A stretch of DNA of 64,000 nt from Camelus ferus (lineage: Eukaryota): contig NC_045697.1 in assembly GCF_009834535.1 (NCBI RefSeq), forward strand, positions 9,860,001-9,924,000. The letters run 5' to 3'. The position numbers were made by a program, and so were the translations under genes. The notes under the pieces were generated by a model, which was given only the letters and a program-made list of their open reading frames with translations, was not told where the DNA came from and did no database searches. This document shows, piece by piece, positions 52,065 to 64,000 of the stretch. Every line of letters begins with the position of its first letter. The first letter of the stretch is position 1.

Positions 52065-52500
52065 TTGAGAACTACACCTTAATTTCCCTTTGTGACAGAA
52101 TGAGCTGCTTTGAACCAATCAGACCACTGTATCACTATGTCCAGGTCATGGTTTCAGGGATGGGTATGTGACGTGAGCCAGACCAATGAGAGGTTCCCCA
52201 GGTCTTTGGATAGAAGTTTCAGAAAAGAGATGCCCTCTTCACTTGGGGGTGGGGGGGTGTCAATGTGCTAACTGATATCAGCGTGGAGAGCTAGTCTATG
52301 GGGACCACCTCTGCCACCCTGGAGAAATGAACCAACATAGAGGAAAGGAGAACAGGGAGATGAAGAAAGAGTGATTTCCACCAAGATTATTTGAACACTG
52401 ACTCTGTTCACTGAACACTGAGCTTGCATATTTCATTTCTGAGAACAAACATTCCACTGTTAGGTTTAAGTCAGCTTGTTAGATTGCTGTCTTTGAACCC
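52065..52500 (+). mobile_element. LTR16/LTR33-like ERVL LTR remnant
   Basis: ggtttcagggatgggtatgtgac...gaccaatgagag...gaaccaacatagaggaaag; family assignment tentative. Confidence 0.5.
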
Positions 52501-53328
52501 CAAATATTGTTCACTATCTCGACTTTAAGACAGACTAAATCATGTACCTTGTATCAGAGACCTGGACATGTTAACACAAAGATCCCCAAATCACTGATAG
52601 TCTGGTCCTCAGAGCCCCAGTCTACCCCCGTGAGCTTCCGGGGCTACACCAGCATCCACAAATAAGTGTCTTCTTGGAACAGAGCATTAACTACAATTGC
52701 TTGAGCCCCTGCTATGCATCGTGAATACATTCATTAGCTCTCTTTGCAATCATGTAACGTTACTCATGAGGCACTGAGATTTTTACTAAACCGTATGAAA
52801 TGTTCAAGTCACACAGATAGTGACTGAGAGGCAGTCGTGCGGTGGTGGGCTTGTGATGTGGTCTCTGGAGCTGATCATTTAGACCTGAATATCTATTTCT
52901 GGTAGCTGGAGGAGTTACTTAAATGGTGTGTGCTTCACTTTCTTCATCTATAAATGACAGTAATAATAGAACTACGCTATCAAGTTGTTGGAAGGAGTCA
53001 ATGCTATAATACGTACATACAGAGAACAGGGGCTGCCAATTGTGCTCAGGAGGAATTAACTATTAGAGCTTCTTGGTGTAAGCAGGGCTAGACTGGACAA
53101 TCAGAAGCCCATGTCACTACGAAATACATGTTGGCACTGGGATGCCTCAGAAATGATTCTAAAATCACCTTCAGATCTGATTGCTGAGGCCCTGTTTTAG
53201 CTGTTGAATGTGGGTGCCTGGCACACCCCTGCTTCTTCATCTTAGTGACCACGGAACAGGAAGGATGTGGAGCTTTGGGCGCTGGTGTTATCTTCTCTTC
53301 TGAGTGGGGGAAGTTTGTCTGGCAGAGT

Positions 53329-53389
53329 AGAGAGAGAGAGAGAGAGAGAGTGTGTGTGTGTGTGTATGTGTATGAGAGAGAGAGAGAGA

Positions 53390-53429
<40 letters not shown>

Positions 53430-53430
53430 G
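53329..53430. repeat. Compound (AG)n(TG)n(AG)n(TG)n(AG)n microsatellite
   Basis: Directly visible alternating dinucleotide blocks. Confidence 0.95.
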
Positions 53431-56400
53431 GACTGGTAACATTACTTGAGCCCTGAATCAGCTCTTAAAAGGCAGCTTGGTCTTTGTGCCTCCCACTTAA
53501 AGGAGCCAGTCAACCTCACTTTTCCTTAAGCAAATTATGCAGGACCTCTGTCAAAACTAAAAAGGTCTGACAGATATAGTCCCCTAAATTTTTAAAAGAT
53601 TTTGTAGATGAATATTGCCCTCCTCTCACTCCTGATGAACTGTATTTCAACCCAAGCAAAAGGAAGCTTGATTCTTTCATATTCATTCATTCATTCATTC
53701 ATTCACTTTATAAATTCTTACTGAGTATCTACCCTGTGCCCACATGACCTGTTTCTGCACTGACCATGACATTAGCCTGGTGGCCTTGCTTGGCCACTAT
53801 GAGTCCCTCTTGCCTCCTTTGTAAGATGGTACTAAATATTCCTAACTTCCAGGCTTGCCGTGGTGACCCCACAAGACTTAACAGTTTGCAAATTGAAGTG
53901 CTCTGTAAATATGGGAAGACAGCTCCACATTCTGGAAATCTGAGCAGGGAGTAAGACTTCTACATCATAAATGATGTTTTACAGCTCCTTTGGGGAGCAG
54001 GTGGACTATAATGGCTGGTTAAAATGTCTATGGTGAATCAGACTTACCACCAGGATTCCATGTGTGAATTCGCTCAGAGGGGCACGTGGTGATAAACACG
54101 TCAGCCTGAAGTTGTCTATTGATCATGTAGATTGTTTCCCCTTAGGTTTTCCTCCAATCTTACGGGAATTCTTTCAAATTCAGAGTAAAACAATAGGAGT
54201 ACATTTCTCGTCACCATGGAATAAGGTAGAGCGTGGCAAACATAGTAATCGATTCAAAAATGGACTTTTTTAAGCATTCACTATGCGCTAGGCATTGTGT
54301 TAAGAACTCTATAAGATACTCTCAGTTAAGTATCACACTGCCTGGAAGGTTCAGCGAAGTTACGGATCTAGACCCAAATCGCAGTGCTTGTAGGTGAAAG
54401 GGCAAGTCTAGAGTGAGTTTGATTTTCTTAGTGACGGTTTCTTGGGGAGCTTTTGGAGAACGTGTCATGTCAGCAGTAGGGATTTTGGAGTTCTGCCTAC
54501 AACTTGGACATGGAAAGGTGGGAAGGGGAGAGAGGGCACTGGGAGCCATGTGAACAGCAGAAGGAAAGACTGGGAGTGAAGAGCGGGATGCATGAATGGG
54601 AAGAGAATGCAAAACTGATTGGGGGGATAAGTTGTTTAAAATTACAGTAAAATTAAGATTAGACAAATGGTTTAGGGACAGACTATGGAAGGCTTTGAAT
54701 GGCAAGGACAAGAGTCTAAGATTATTTTAGAGACAATGGGGAGACATAGAAAGTCAAACCCAGGAAATGGCATCATCAAAATGCTACTTACAGTGGCCGC
54801 TCTGCCTGCCGTGTGCAGAGCAGACAGAAGAGAATGATCCTGGGGTCAGAGAGACAGAGGAGGAGAGCGCCCCAGCACAGCACTAAGGCAGACTTCATGT
54901 CTGCGAGCGGGACGTGAAGGGGAAATACACTTGTCAATGCCAAGGAGATGTCTCTTTGATGACCTATTTAAAATGTTTGGGTTTTGTTTGTTGGCTTTGT
55001 TTTTGCAGAGCATCAACGCTGGCTTAAAGTCTAACAAGGCGTGTGATTGCCTTTGGGATTTTTGCAAACACATCGGCAGAGAAAAGGCCACCCTCCCTGC
55101 AGCTTCTTAAGATTTCTGCATCCAAAGACTCTCTCTCTTTGCCAAGAATGTGCCTGATTTGCACCAGCCAGTTCTGGCAAAGCTCCCTTCTTCCTCCCTG
55201 GGCCCCACACCCCACACGGCTCTCACCCGGAGCCCTCGCTCCATCCAAAGTTAGAAAACCTGCCAGCGCCTCCCAGCCTCCCATCTGATCCCACCCCTCC
55301 CAGTTCAATAAGTTTGGCCTTCTAGCCCCAACCTGGATATTTTGGACTTTGAAGAAAACATGCTCTGTTTCCCCTGATGGCATCTCCAGCGTGGAGGGAA
55401 ATAGACTGGCCTTTGTTACTCTGTCCACGGGAGAAGATGACTGGCGGTCCCCAAAGCTGGGGGCGGGGTGGTGGCAGGAGGTAAGGGCTGGTCAGTTGAC
55501 TTAGCTTAAGGCCTGCATTGTCCTGGCGGCCTCTTGGAGAAACAAAACTCTTCAAGAACTGTACTGCCCACTTGGGCTCAGAGCCTGGCAGGTCTGATTA
55601 CCCAGCATTTTTTCGTGAATATCCCTTATCTTCTAGGTTCTTCTTGGGGGTTGCATATAGCTACCATATAGACGTGTAGGGAGGCACCTTCCTCACGTGA
55701 GATGTTTTGTGAAAGGAAAGGACAAGCAGAAGGCCCTCAGGGATCTAAGGCAATGCATGCAGGCAGCTGACTCGAAAAGACAGGCAGGTGTCTGGCAAGC
55801 AGTTATGAAACATCCACTTGGGTACAGGACAGACACCATACTGAGCATTGCTTGAATTTGAACCCAAGACCACCTCCCTCTTAACTTCACATTTTCCCCG
55901 CTAACCCAGCGTTTTTTTGTTGTTGTTTTGTTTTATTTTTTTGAGCAGTGAAGTCTCGTTTTCAAGTGAAATCTTATACAGAGTGCAAATATGCAAACTA
56001 TATCTAAAACTTGAGGGGCATGCTAGTATAAATATTATCTATTTGTTTAAACTCAGAACTGATATTTAAAAACAATGGAATCAATGAGTCATTTCTAATT
56101 AACATAAGAAAACTAAAGTTGAGGGCACAGACAACAGTTACGGTTTTCTGTAAGCTTCAGAATTTCACGTATTTTTGAATTTTCTTTTTGTGGCGCAGAA
56201 TTGAACAAACCCCTTTTCTACACAGATTCGCACCTGCAGAGGACTGGCATTTCCTAAGCAGCTCATCTTGGAATCTTGGCATCCTCATTCTCCAGTAAAA
56301 CTAGCCCAAATATTATAAAGCTGCATTGCTATTAATATTTAACCATGACTCTACATTCTTCATCCTAAACTTAAATGTCCAGTTCAGATCAGTAGCCCTG

Positions 56401-59400
56401 AAGATGGACAGTCATCTAAGAAATTGCCTAGGTTGGGATTGTTGTCATGATTCCAGGTCATGCATTTCAACTTCCCTTACTCAACATCTAATCATGTAAA
56501 GGTGCACAATATAAGGCTTCCAGTATATACGATTTTACATGAGAGGACCTGATTGAGCCTGAATTTAAAAAAAAAGAAACAAACAAATAAACAAAAAATA
56601 AGAGGCTTTCCAAACCAAAGCTACATTCCAAAAACATTCAAATAGATACATTAAGATATCGAGAAAGCTTTACTATAAAACCTTCCCCAAATAAGGTAAT
56701 CCAGCAACTCAGAGTAACTCACTGATGACTAAAGCCATCAATGAGTTAAAATGTAATCTGTAAGGCATTTAAATGTGTGTTGTTTTATATAGACAGTTGA
56801 ACAGTAGTTTTAAAATGTGTAAGAAAAATAATTTAGAAATACTTTAAGAATTCCTTAAGTATTTTTTCAAAATTACCCTCTACTCCCCTGGTTTCCCACA
56901 AGTTCTCCAAGCTGCTATCACACACACAAGCCCAAGAATAAGCAGGAGACGTAGGCAAGCCTGTTGTACAGGGCAGCTCAGAGCACACGAGCTCTATTTC
57001 ATAATCAGGTCCTGAACAGTCTGGTGAGGAGCCTTCCATCACAATAGGAGCCAAATGCATGCAGAGGTGAGGGTCCATGATCTCTTGGAGGGTAAAGTCT
57101 GGATTCCTTAGTCAAAAGTCTGGATTCCTTAGTTAAAAGCAGTTACTGAGCACTGCCCATTGCTACCTATTGTTTTAGGGGCATTTAGAGATGTTCCAGT
57201 GAACAGAATAAAACATTTTCCCTTTGCTCATTGCTCAGCGCGCAAATTCTAGTTGGAGGACCAGTGATTAAAATCTAGGAGGGCAAGTACAAAGAGAAGA
57301 TACAATAAAACACACACACACACACACAAACCCAAACTGGTAGAAAAAAATAACAAATCAGGCAAAGATGGGTGCTGGGGAGAAAGAAAAGAGGATGCCA
57401 GGCAGTTGGAGGCCTCTTACAGAATGTGATGTTCAAGTTTTTACACACACATACATGCATCTTTTTATTATGCATTTTTTAAGCACACACAAATGTCAAG
57501 GAATAATACAGTGAATCCCCATGTTCTCATTACCCAGCTTCAATAGTTATCAACGTTTCAACAACCCCATTTCTTTTATTTCCTATACCTTGTTGTTGTT
57601 GTTAGAGTATTTTAAAGCAAATTGAAGACATCAGCAGCTGGGGTGTCCATCAGAAAGGCCACTCGTGGTCATTTGGCCAGTGAAGTCAAGGGAAAGGGTG
57701 TGTGGGTGGTGGATACCTGCTATGGAACTTGGACTTCACTGTTGGGACCTGGGAGACACTCAAGGGTTGCAAGTATAGTGGTAATGGGACTGGATCTGTT
57801 GGTGACATGAGGTGACTCTCCAGATGTTACACGCATGATGTGGTTTCAGGTTGCTCAAAAGACCCTCTGTCTTTCTTTTATGCCTTTTCCTACATCTGGT
57901 TGTCTTACCTTCCTGCTCCAACCTGCACCTCGTGTCAGACCCTTCTCTCTTAGCCCCCGAGGTGGTCATACGACCCAAGATCTGCCATCATTTTCTGTCT
58001 TTTGGGAATTTGAAGACATACAGATATGGCGGAGATGGACAGCAGTTAAAGCTGAATTTTCTGGTAGTGGCTGTGGGAGAGAAGGTTCACCTGTTCTGAG
58101 TTACCAGGCCCCCTGGGCCACCCTGATTCACGTCTTTGCTGAGGTTTGATTGTTGATCCTCATTTCCCCAGTGTTTCCCCGGTATTCTCCAAATGCTGAA
58201 GTCAGTTAGAGTTCATTTCTGTTATTTGTCATCAACCTTTGGTATAAGCACCCTCAAACCTAACCCTTAATCTCTCCCCTATAAATGGCTAATGGCTTAA
58301 CTCTGTAGTCTATTAGTTAGCTTCTATCACTTACTGGTAAGCTATGACTAGGCAGAAAAGACTGTGGATTTTCTAAGTCATTTACATGTTAGTATGAATT
58401 ATTACTAACCCTCTAATAAAGGAGTAACTTGAAAGTGGTGAAAGACAATAGCATGAAGGATGGGGAGGGTATAATACTGGGCAAGAAGGAGGAAATGGAG
58501 GTTCTAGAAAGCCCATTTAACAGATTTCAGAGTTTCTTTATGTTAATCCTATTTTCCTCATACTCTCCCCTCCCTTATTTCCCCATTCCTGACAACTCCA
58601 GGTCTTTTCAGTACTTCCAGACATCTCTAAGAAATTCTGGAGCCTACTGGTGGTCACTAAGAGAGGGCTACATTTCAAATAACTTACCCTTTCCCATGCA
58701 TAGGGTCACATTTCTCATGCTGAGTACGTCCCTGTAGATGGACACTCCCAGGTGCAGAAAGTCTGCAGTCCCTCCCGACATTCAATTCCTTTGTTAGTGC
58801 TTACACAGAGCTAAGTCCGACTTCTTGGAAGAGTCACTCATTGGCTCTAAGTTTTTCTTCTGAAATAGGGCTGCTCTATCATCTTCATTTAGTCTCTCAA
58901 ACATTTGGAAAAAGCAGTCAAGAAAGCTTAAAGATTTCTCTGAGCAAAACGTATCCAGCTCTCACAAGGCACACTGCTGCATTTGTTGGTGAGCTCCCCG
59001 GGCTGGGTGATTTCCTCTTCTTGTCATTGTCTGTTTGAAAACAGAAGACCTAGAGTTGGACACAGAGCAAACTTCAGGTAAGGTTTAATCAATGGGAAGT
59101 GATGCAGACCTATCACTTCCTTTGATCTGGAAATTACACTCCCAGTACTACTGCCTGTTTCGGTAGCTCTCTTAATAGCTGTTTTGTTGTACGCTCAGTT
59201 TATCCACATGAGAAGCAATTACAGAGTTAAGAATGGGAAGCAGATAGAAAGACGTCACAGAGGCTCATCTGCTTTGCTAGGGTATTGTGGCTTTTATCTG
59301 TAGGTTGTGGAGAGCATGCTCTGTAGCTAGACTGGGTCTTGCATTTCCTAAATGCTTCATTTCCAATTGAATGTTTTGAACCAAAATAGAGGACTTTTCT

Positions 59401-59539
59401 TTTGCCCTGCCTGTGAACTGGGGTGGGGGTGTGCCCTGTGGGTTTGACCTTGAAGGAGCTTCCCACCAGGGAAAGGCTGGATCATAATTAATACTTTCTT
59501 GGTCCATCCAAGGAGATTTCCATTTCTTAAATATAAGCA

Positions 59540-59635
59540 ATATATATATATATATAAATACATATATTAAAAATATAAATATATATTTAAGATACACATA
59601 TATTATATACATATATATATATATATTCATTCATT
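59540..59635. repeat. Imperfect (TA)n low-complexity tract
   Basis: Directly visible. Confidence 0.9.
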
Positions 59636-61099
59636 CACTCTTTAACTAAAAAAGAAGCTCAAAACAGAAAATCTTGCATTTCTCCGTGTCCATAATGCCG
59701 ATTTCACCTTGGCTTTTCTCTCTCAAGATCGTGTTGAATGCCCATGCTATCCTTTACTCTCTTACCACTTCCTCTCAGGTTCGTTTCATCTTCAGATTTT
59801 CCCCTAAACTTTCCCTATTTTTCCCAAGGCAGAGGAACCTGGCACAGTTTAAATGCTTCAGAAATAAATAAACGTGGAGGAAGACTTTGGAATCTCCCTG
59901 GCCATGGAATTAATGTGATTTGAATCAAGTTACCAAGATTTCAAGGGGCAGAGGGATTCTGGATGATAAGTGGGTTCCCCTCAGGAAACGTGACCTCAAA
60001 CAGAAGTGCAAAGACCGGCTGATCTGCACCCTCCTGCTGGGAGACAATGAACCTCCTGAGGCTGTGGAAGCAAGAAAGAGTCCTAAGTGCAGAGGCAGAA
60101 TGAAGGAATAAGGAAGTCAGATGGAGCTATTCCCAAGTTCCCAGCTCCGCTATCACGCTCAGTCCAGCAAGAAGCCAACGGAAATTCAGCATTCTCCCCG
60201 TGCCGATGACATCTTTTACTGTCATGGATTAAGAACAGCCTCCAAAGATAGCTGCTCTGTTATCTGTTATTGCCAGGCTGAACGGCCTAAAGTCATCCAC
60301 TCTAAAACCAAAATCCTTTTTTGGGTTTTTAATGGTCTAGCAAGACCTGTTAAGGAAATTCTCCAGGCTAAGATGACGGCATTCGTACACTATGGAATTT
60401 GGAAACTACTCTTGGGCCAGTGTGGGGAGCTTTGTGTGGGTCCTCGGCCCTCTCTCAGCCACAGCAATGCCACTTTTATGTGTGCTGTATGTGGTTATTT
60501 CTGCATTGACTTTTACCTAAATAATGGGTTCTACATTTTAAAAAGGGCTCAAAAACATCTGTTCCTTGGTGCTTTGAGAACTTGATCTATTTCCTATTTA
60601 TTTGTCTTTAAATGGGAGCAGAGAAAGATAGATTATTTAAGGAACATATTGACTCTGTCCATAGATATTCTCCTGAATCACCTGCGGGTAGATGTGATGT
60701 GGTCATTTGTATGTGGTAATTGCAAACATACTTAACAACAAGGAGCATTCACTGGCTTATGTCATTGGAAAGAGCAAAGGGTTCCTTGCTTCAGGCATGG
60801 CTGGATCCAGGTGCTCAAAAAACTATCAACAAGCAGTCACCTCTGTTTTCATTCAGCTATGCTTTCTTTTATCTTGGCTTCTTAATCAATTAGGTTCAGG
60901 TGACCAATTTTAAATTAATCACTTTGTTCAGAAGATGGAGAATGCTGACTGGCCAACCTGGTCACATGTCCACATCTGTGGGAAGGCCAATAGGTAGGGA
61001 AAAGGCAGTCTCTAAAAAGAAATGAAAGGATCTGTTACCAGAGTGAAAGGAAAAGAATGTTGGATGGACAAAATGATAGCATTTAATCATTCCATTAGA

Positions 61100-62370
61100 A
61101 TAGAAGAGAAATCCCAGAAACCAAGGCACATGTATATAGAATCTAATATAAGGGTGGGGGTGGGGTGGCAGATCAGTGGATAGATGAGATGCTACTTCTC
61201 AAAGGATGCTGGTAAAATGACCACTGCTATTGGGAGAAAAAGAGGTGAAACAGGATCACTACCTGACACCATGCCAAAAATGGATTTCAGATGAATTAGA
61301 GACCCACTGTCATTATAAAAGCTTTCAGACTCTTATGTAATATAGTGAAGACTATCTTTCTCACTTTAGGGGGAAAAATTTAAAGGTGAAAAAGGACAAT
61401 TTTAAGAGACTGGCAAGTTTGAGAACATTATAATTATGAAATTCTGTTGATAAAAAAAAATAGACATGTAAAGGAAAACAAAGAGTCAAACTATAAACTG
61501 GAATATATATGCCACATATACCAGACAAATGATTAGTATACAAACACAAAATATCAAAACATATAAAGAACTCTTACCATGCAATGACAATACGATCAAT
61601 TGGCAGGAAAAAAAGGCAAAAGACAGGGAAAAAAAGGCAAAAGACATGGAATAACATATTGCAAACATAAAGGATGTATGTGATAAACTTACGAAGAGTT
61701 GCTCAACCTCATTGGTAATCAGTTAAATGCAAATCAAGCTCCTAATGAGATGTGATTTTTATACTCACATAATTCACAAAATTTAAAAGTCTAACAATAC
61801 TAAGTGTTGGTAAGAATGTGGAGCAACAAGAACGCATATACACTGCTAGTGGGGCTATGAATTGGTATAATCATTCTGTAAAACACTTTGACATTATGAT
61901 GCAGAGTTGAGCATCCATATTTCTTATGAAGGAGCTTTTGCACTGCTAGGTGTGTCCCTAAATGAATCTCTTACGTCTGTGTGTGGGCAGACATCACAAG
62001 ATGCTCACAACGGTGCTGATTTTAATAGCGATCGAGAGACAACCCAAATGCATATTGACAGGAAAATGGATGCATAAACTTAGATGATGGAATATTATCT
62101 AGCAGTGGAAATGGTTGGATGAGGCCACACACAACAACATGGATGGATCTTAGTGACATAATGTTCAGTGAAGATCTCATACAGCACAACATCCTTTCAG
62201 TACAATTCAATCACCACTGGAACCAAAATCTATCTCTTTTAGGCATACATATACATGTGATAAAACTGTATTTTAAAAAAGAGGAAATGACAAGTGTGAA
62301 CTATAGGACAGTGGTTGCTTCAGGGTGAGAAGGACGGCGGAATGAGCAGGTGGGAAGCACATCCGTAAGT
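61100..62370 (+). mobile_element. Degraded ancient L1 (L1ME-like) ORF2 end and 3'UTR
   Basis: taacaatactaagtgttggtaagaatgtggagcaac; cacaacaacatggatggatcttagtgacataatgttcagtgaa. Confidence 0.75.
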
Positions 62371-63021
62371 GTAAGAAGTTCAGCTCTGAGCTGCCCTTTC
62401 CTGCTCTGGGTCTTAATGTCCTAATCTCTGAGAGGAGGGGGTTCAACTGGGGTGGTTTTCAGAGCCCTTCCATCTGGAATAATCTCTGATTCTAGGGCCA
62501 GTGGTGCAGATTTATATGCTGAACTCCTACCATCGAATATGTAGAAAGAGAAACCATTCTCCTCTGTTGATATGAAACTCACCTGACCCTTGGCTAGTCG
62601 AGCAGAAGTGGGGGGCGAGGCACGTAGTGAGAGTCTGCATGTGGAATATGCTTTTCTCGGTGGTTTTCTGTACTTAAGATCTGGGCTGTGATGGGGCAGT
62701 TTTGCTTCCCTCGACAGGTGCATCTGGCCAGCATCCAAGATTGGCTACTTGATCCTCACTGTGTCCAGCATGGCCGGTTCCCAGTTTCAAATGCTTCTTT
62801 GAATTGCCCAGGCTTTGGGGACTAAAAGAGAATTTTATTTTAAGCCATTGTTACGCCGACAGCAGAAGCGTTCCTCACTTTGAAATGCCTAGTGACGACT
62901 GGTTTTATTTTTATACCCACCATTTCCTTGCAAAGAAATTAAACAAATAAACAGATGCCTCTCTCTCTCTCCCTCCTTCCCTCTCTTTTTTGGCGAGGGG
63001 CCACAGACAATACAGCGCTTT

Positions 63022-63040
63022 CTGCACCATCTGCTGGCTC
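63022..63040 (-). promoter_or_regulatory. Candidate CTCF motif (also contains a CAGATG E-box)
   Basis: Minus strand reads GCCAGCAGATGGTGCAG; core matches CCASYAGRKGGCRS at 13/14. Motif only, no occupancy evidence. Confidence 0.4.
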
Positions 63041-64000
63041 TGTAAAGGTAATTAACAAATGCACACTATTCCCAGATAAGCCTGGTTTATAAAGGACAGA
63101 TCACACCAGGCAAACGGGCAGGGAACAAAATAAGACCATGGCAGGCATGCTAGGCGGTTGCAGTCCCGGACCCCGCTGGAGTGTGTTCTAACAGCCGCTT
63201 GTCAAATTTTAACTCCTGAAAATGAATTCAAACGGATTTAACTAAGGAAATTGAATTTCACTCCTGCTGGGAGGCCCTACAGAAGGGGAGAGGACAATTT
63301 CAGGGTGTCCGGTATTTTTGTCGCTCAGATCTTATTGTCTGTCTCTATTTGTTGTAATGGTCTTAAGAAGGAGAAATAAAAACAGACGACGGCAAAAGTT
63401 CAAGATACAAAATCGTAGGACACTGAACTTGGCTTCGGAGGCAGGCAGATTCTGACGCTCACCGTCTGATTGTCCACGTGTCACGTGGCCCTGCTGAGCC
63501 TTGTTCTCACACCTGTAAGTTGGGGACAATAGTGATACTAACACAGGTTCATTGTGACAGTAAGTGAGTCCATGAATTTGAGTCAGGAGCCTCGTCCAGT
63601 GACTGGCCAGTGCCAAGCCCACGGTGAGTGGGAGCTGCCGTCAATATTTTCATATTTTCATTATCAGGTGAGGCTCTATGACAGGTGGCGGAGTCCATTC
63701 TCAGTGGTGGGGAACAAATACCCCTTCTACCAAGACCCACGTTCTAAAAGGTGTAGAAGCACTGCATGTAAAATAAGGGACCAGAGGAGTCGACCTTAAC
63801 AAAAAACATAAGAAGCCAAAAGATATGTTTAGGGGCAGAAGCTACAATTATAGCCTATACATATTCAAAATACCTAAAAACCAACAAAGTAAGTGCTCAT
63901 TTGGACGAAGATTGAGGGGTTGGAGTAGGGAGGCATGTGGTGGAAATTTTAAAAGTGGGGGAAAAAAAAAAGATGGGTCTCAGTAAGATTAAAATAAGAG

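Noticed and set aside
58462..58473. ggggagggtata, identical to the SINE 5' end
   Set aside because: Similarity stops after 12 nt; no Box B or tail.
60121..60585. Longest ORF in the track (154 aa), and other intergenic ORFs such as 34736..35110, 40637..41053 and 62421..62738
   Set aside because: No recognisable protein similarity; several overlap repeats; lengths are compatible with chance in 64 kb.
62859..63006. ACAGCAGAAGCGTTC (62859-62873) and GGGGCCACAG (62997-63006) match my recollection of the 5' part of the HDV-like CPEB3 ribozyme, striking next to a CPEB paralog
   Set aside because: The two pieces are in the wrong order. After GCG-loop the sequence is CTT rather than CGC, so P3 cannot form, and there are no P1 or nearby P2 partner strands. 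It lies outside the gene. Treated as coincidence; an Infernal search with Rfam CPEB3/HDV models would settle it.

Overview
Mammalian genomic DNA, most likely from a camelid: it carries three tRNA-Ala-derived Vic-1-type SINEs and young cetartiodactyl-type L1 3' ends. The first ~23.4 kb is the 3' half of CPEB2 on the + strand. Six GT-AG coding exons (5742-5912, 7512-7601, 12085-12203, 12483-12597, 14780-14961, 19408-19635) encode RRM1, RRM2 and the ZZ zinc finger. They are followed by a ~3.8-kb 3'UTR with no recognisable transposon fragments, rich in CPE-like motifs, miRNA seed matches and poly(A) hexamers. The remaining ~40 kb is intergenic and dominated by L1, L2, MIR, MaLR/ERVL LTRs, hAT MITEs and microsatellites; none of its short ORFs is a credible gene. 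I found no clearly new biological system. The best leads are: (i) introns at the identical position and phase in RRM1 and RRM2, so skipping a 324-nt three-exon block would build an in-frame hybrid RRM; (ii) a 69-nt, 87%-identical inverted repeat pair bracketing exactly those three exons; (iii) a chimeric old/young L1 insertion inside one target-site duplication; (iv) a candidate intronic poly(A) site that would remove the RNA-binding domains. Repeat family names and boundaries are by-eye assignments and approximate.
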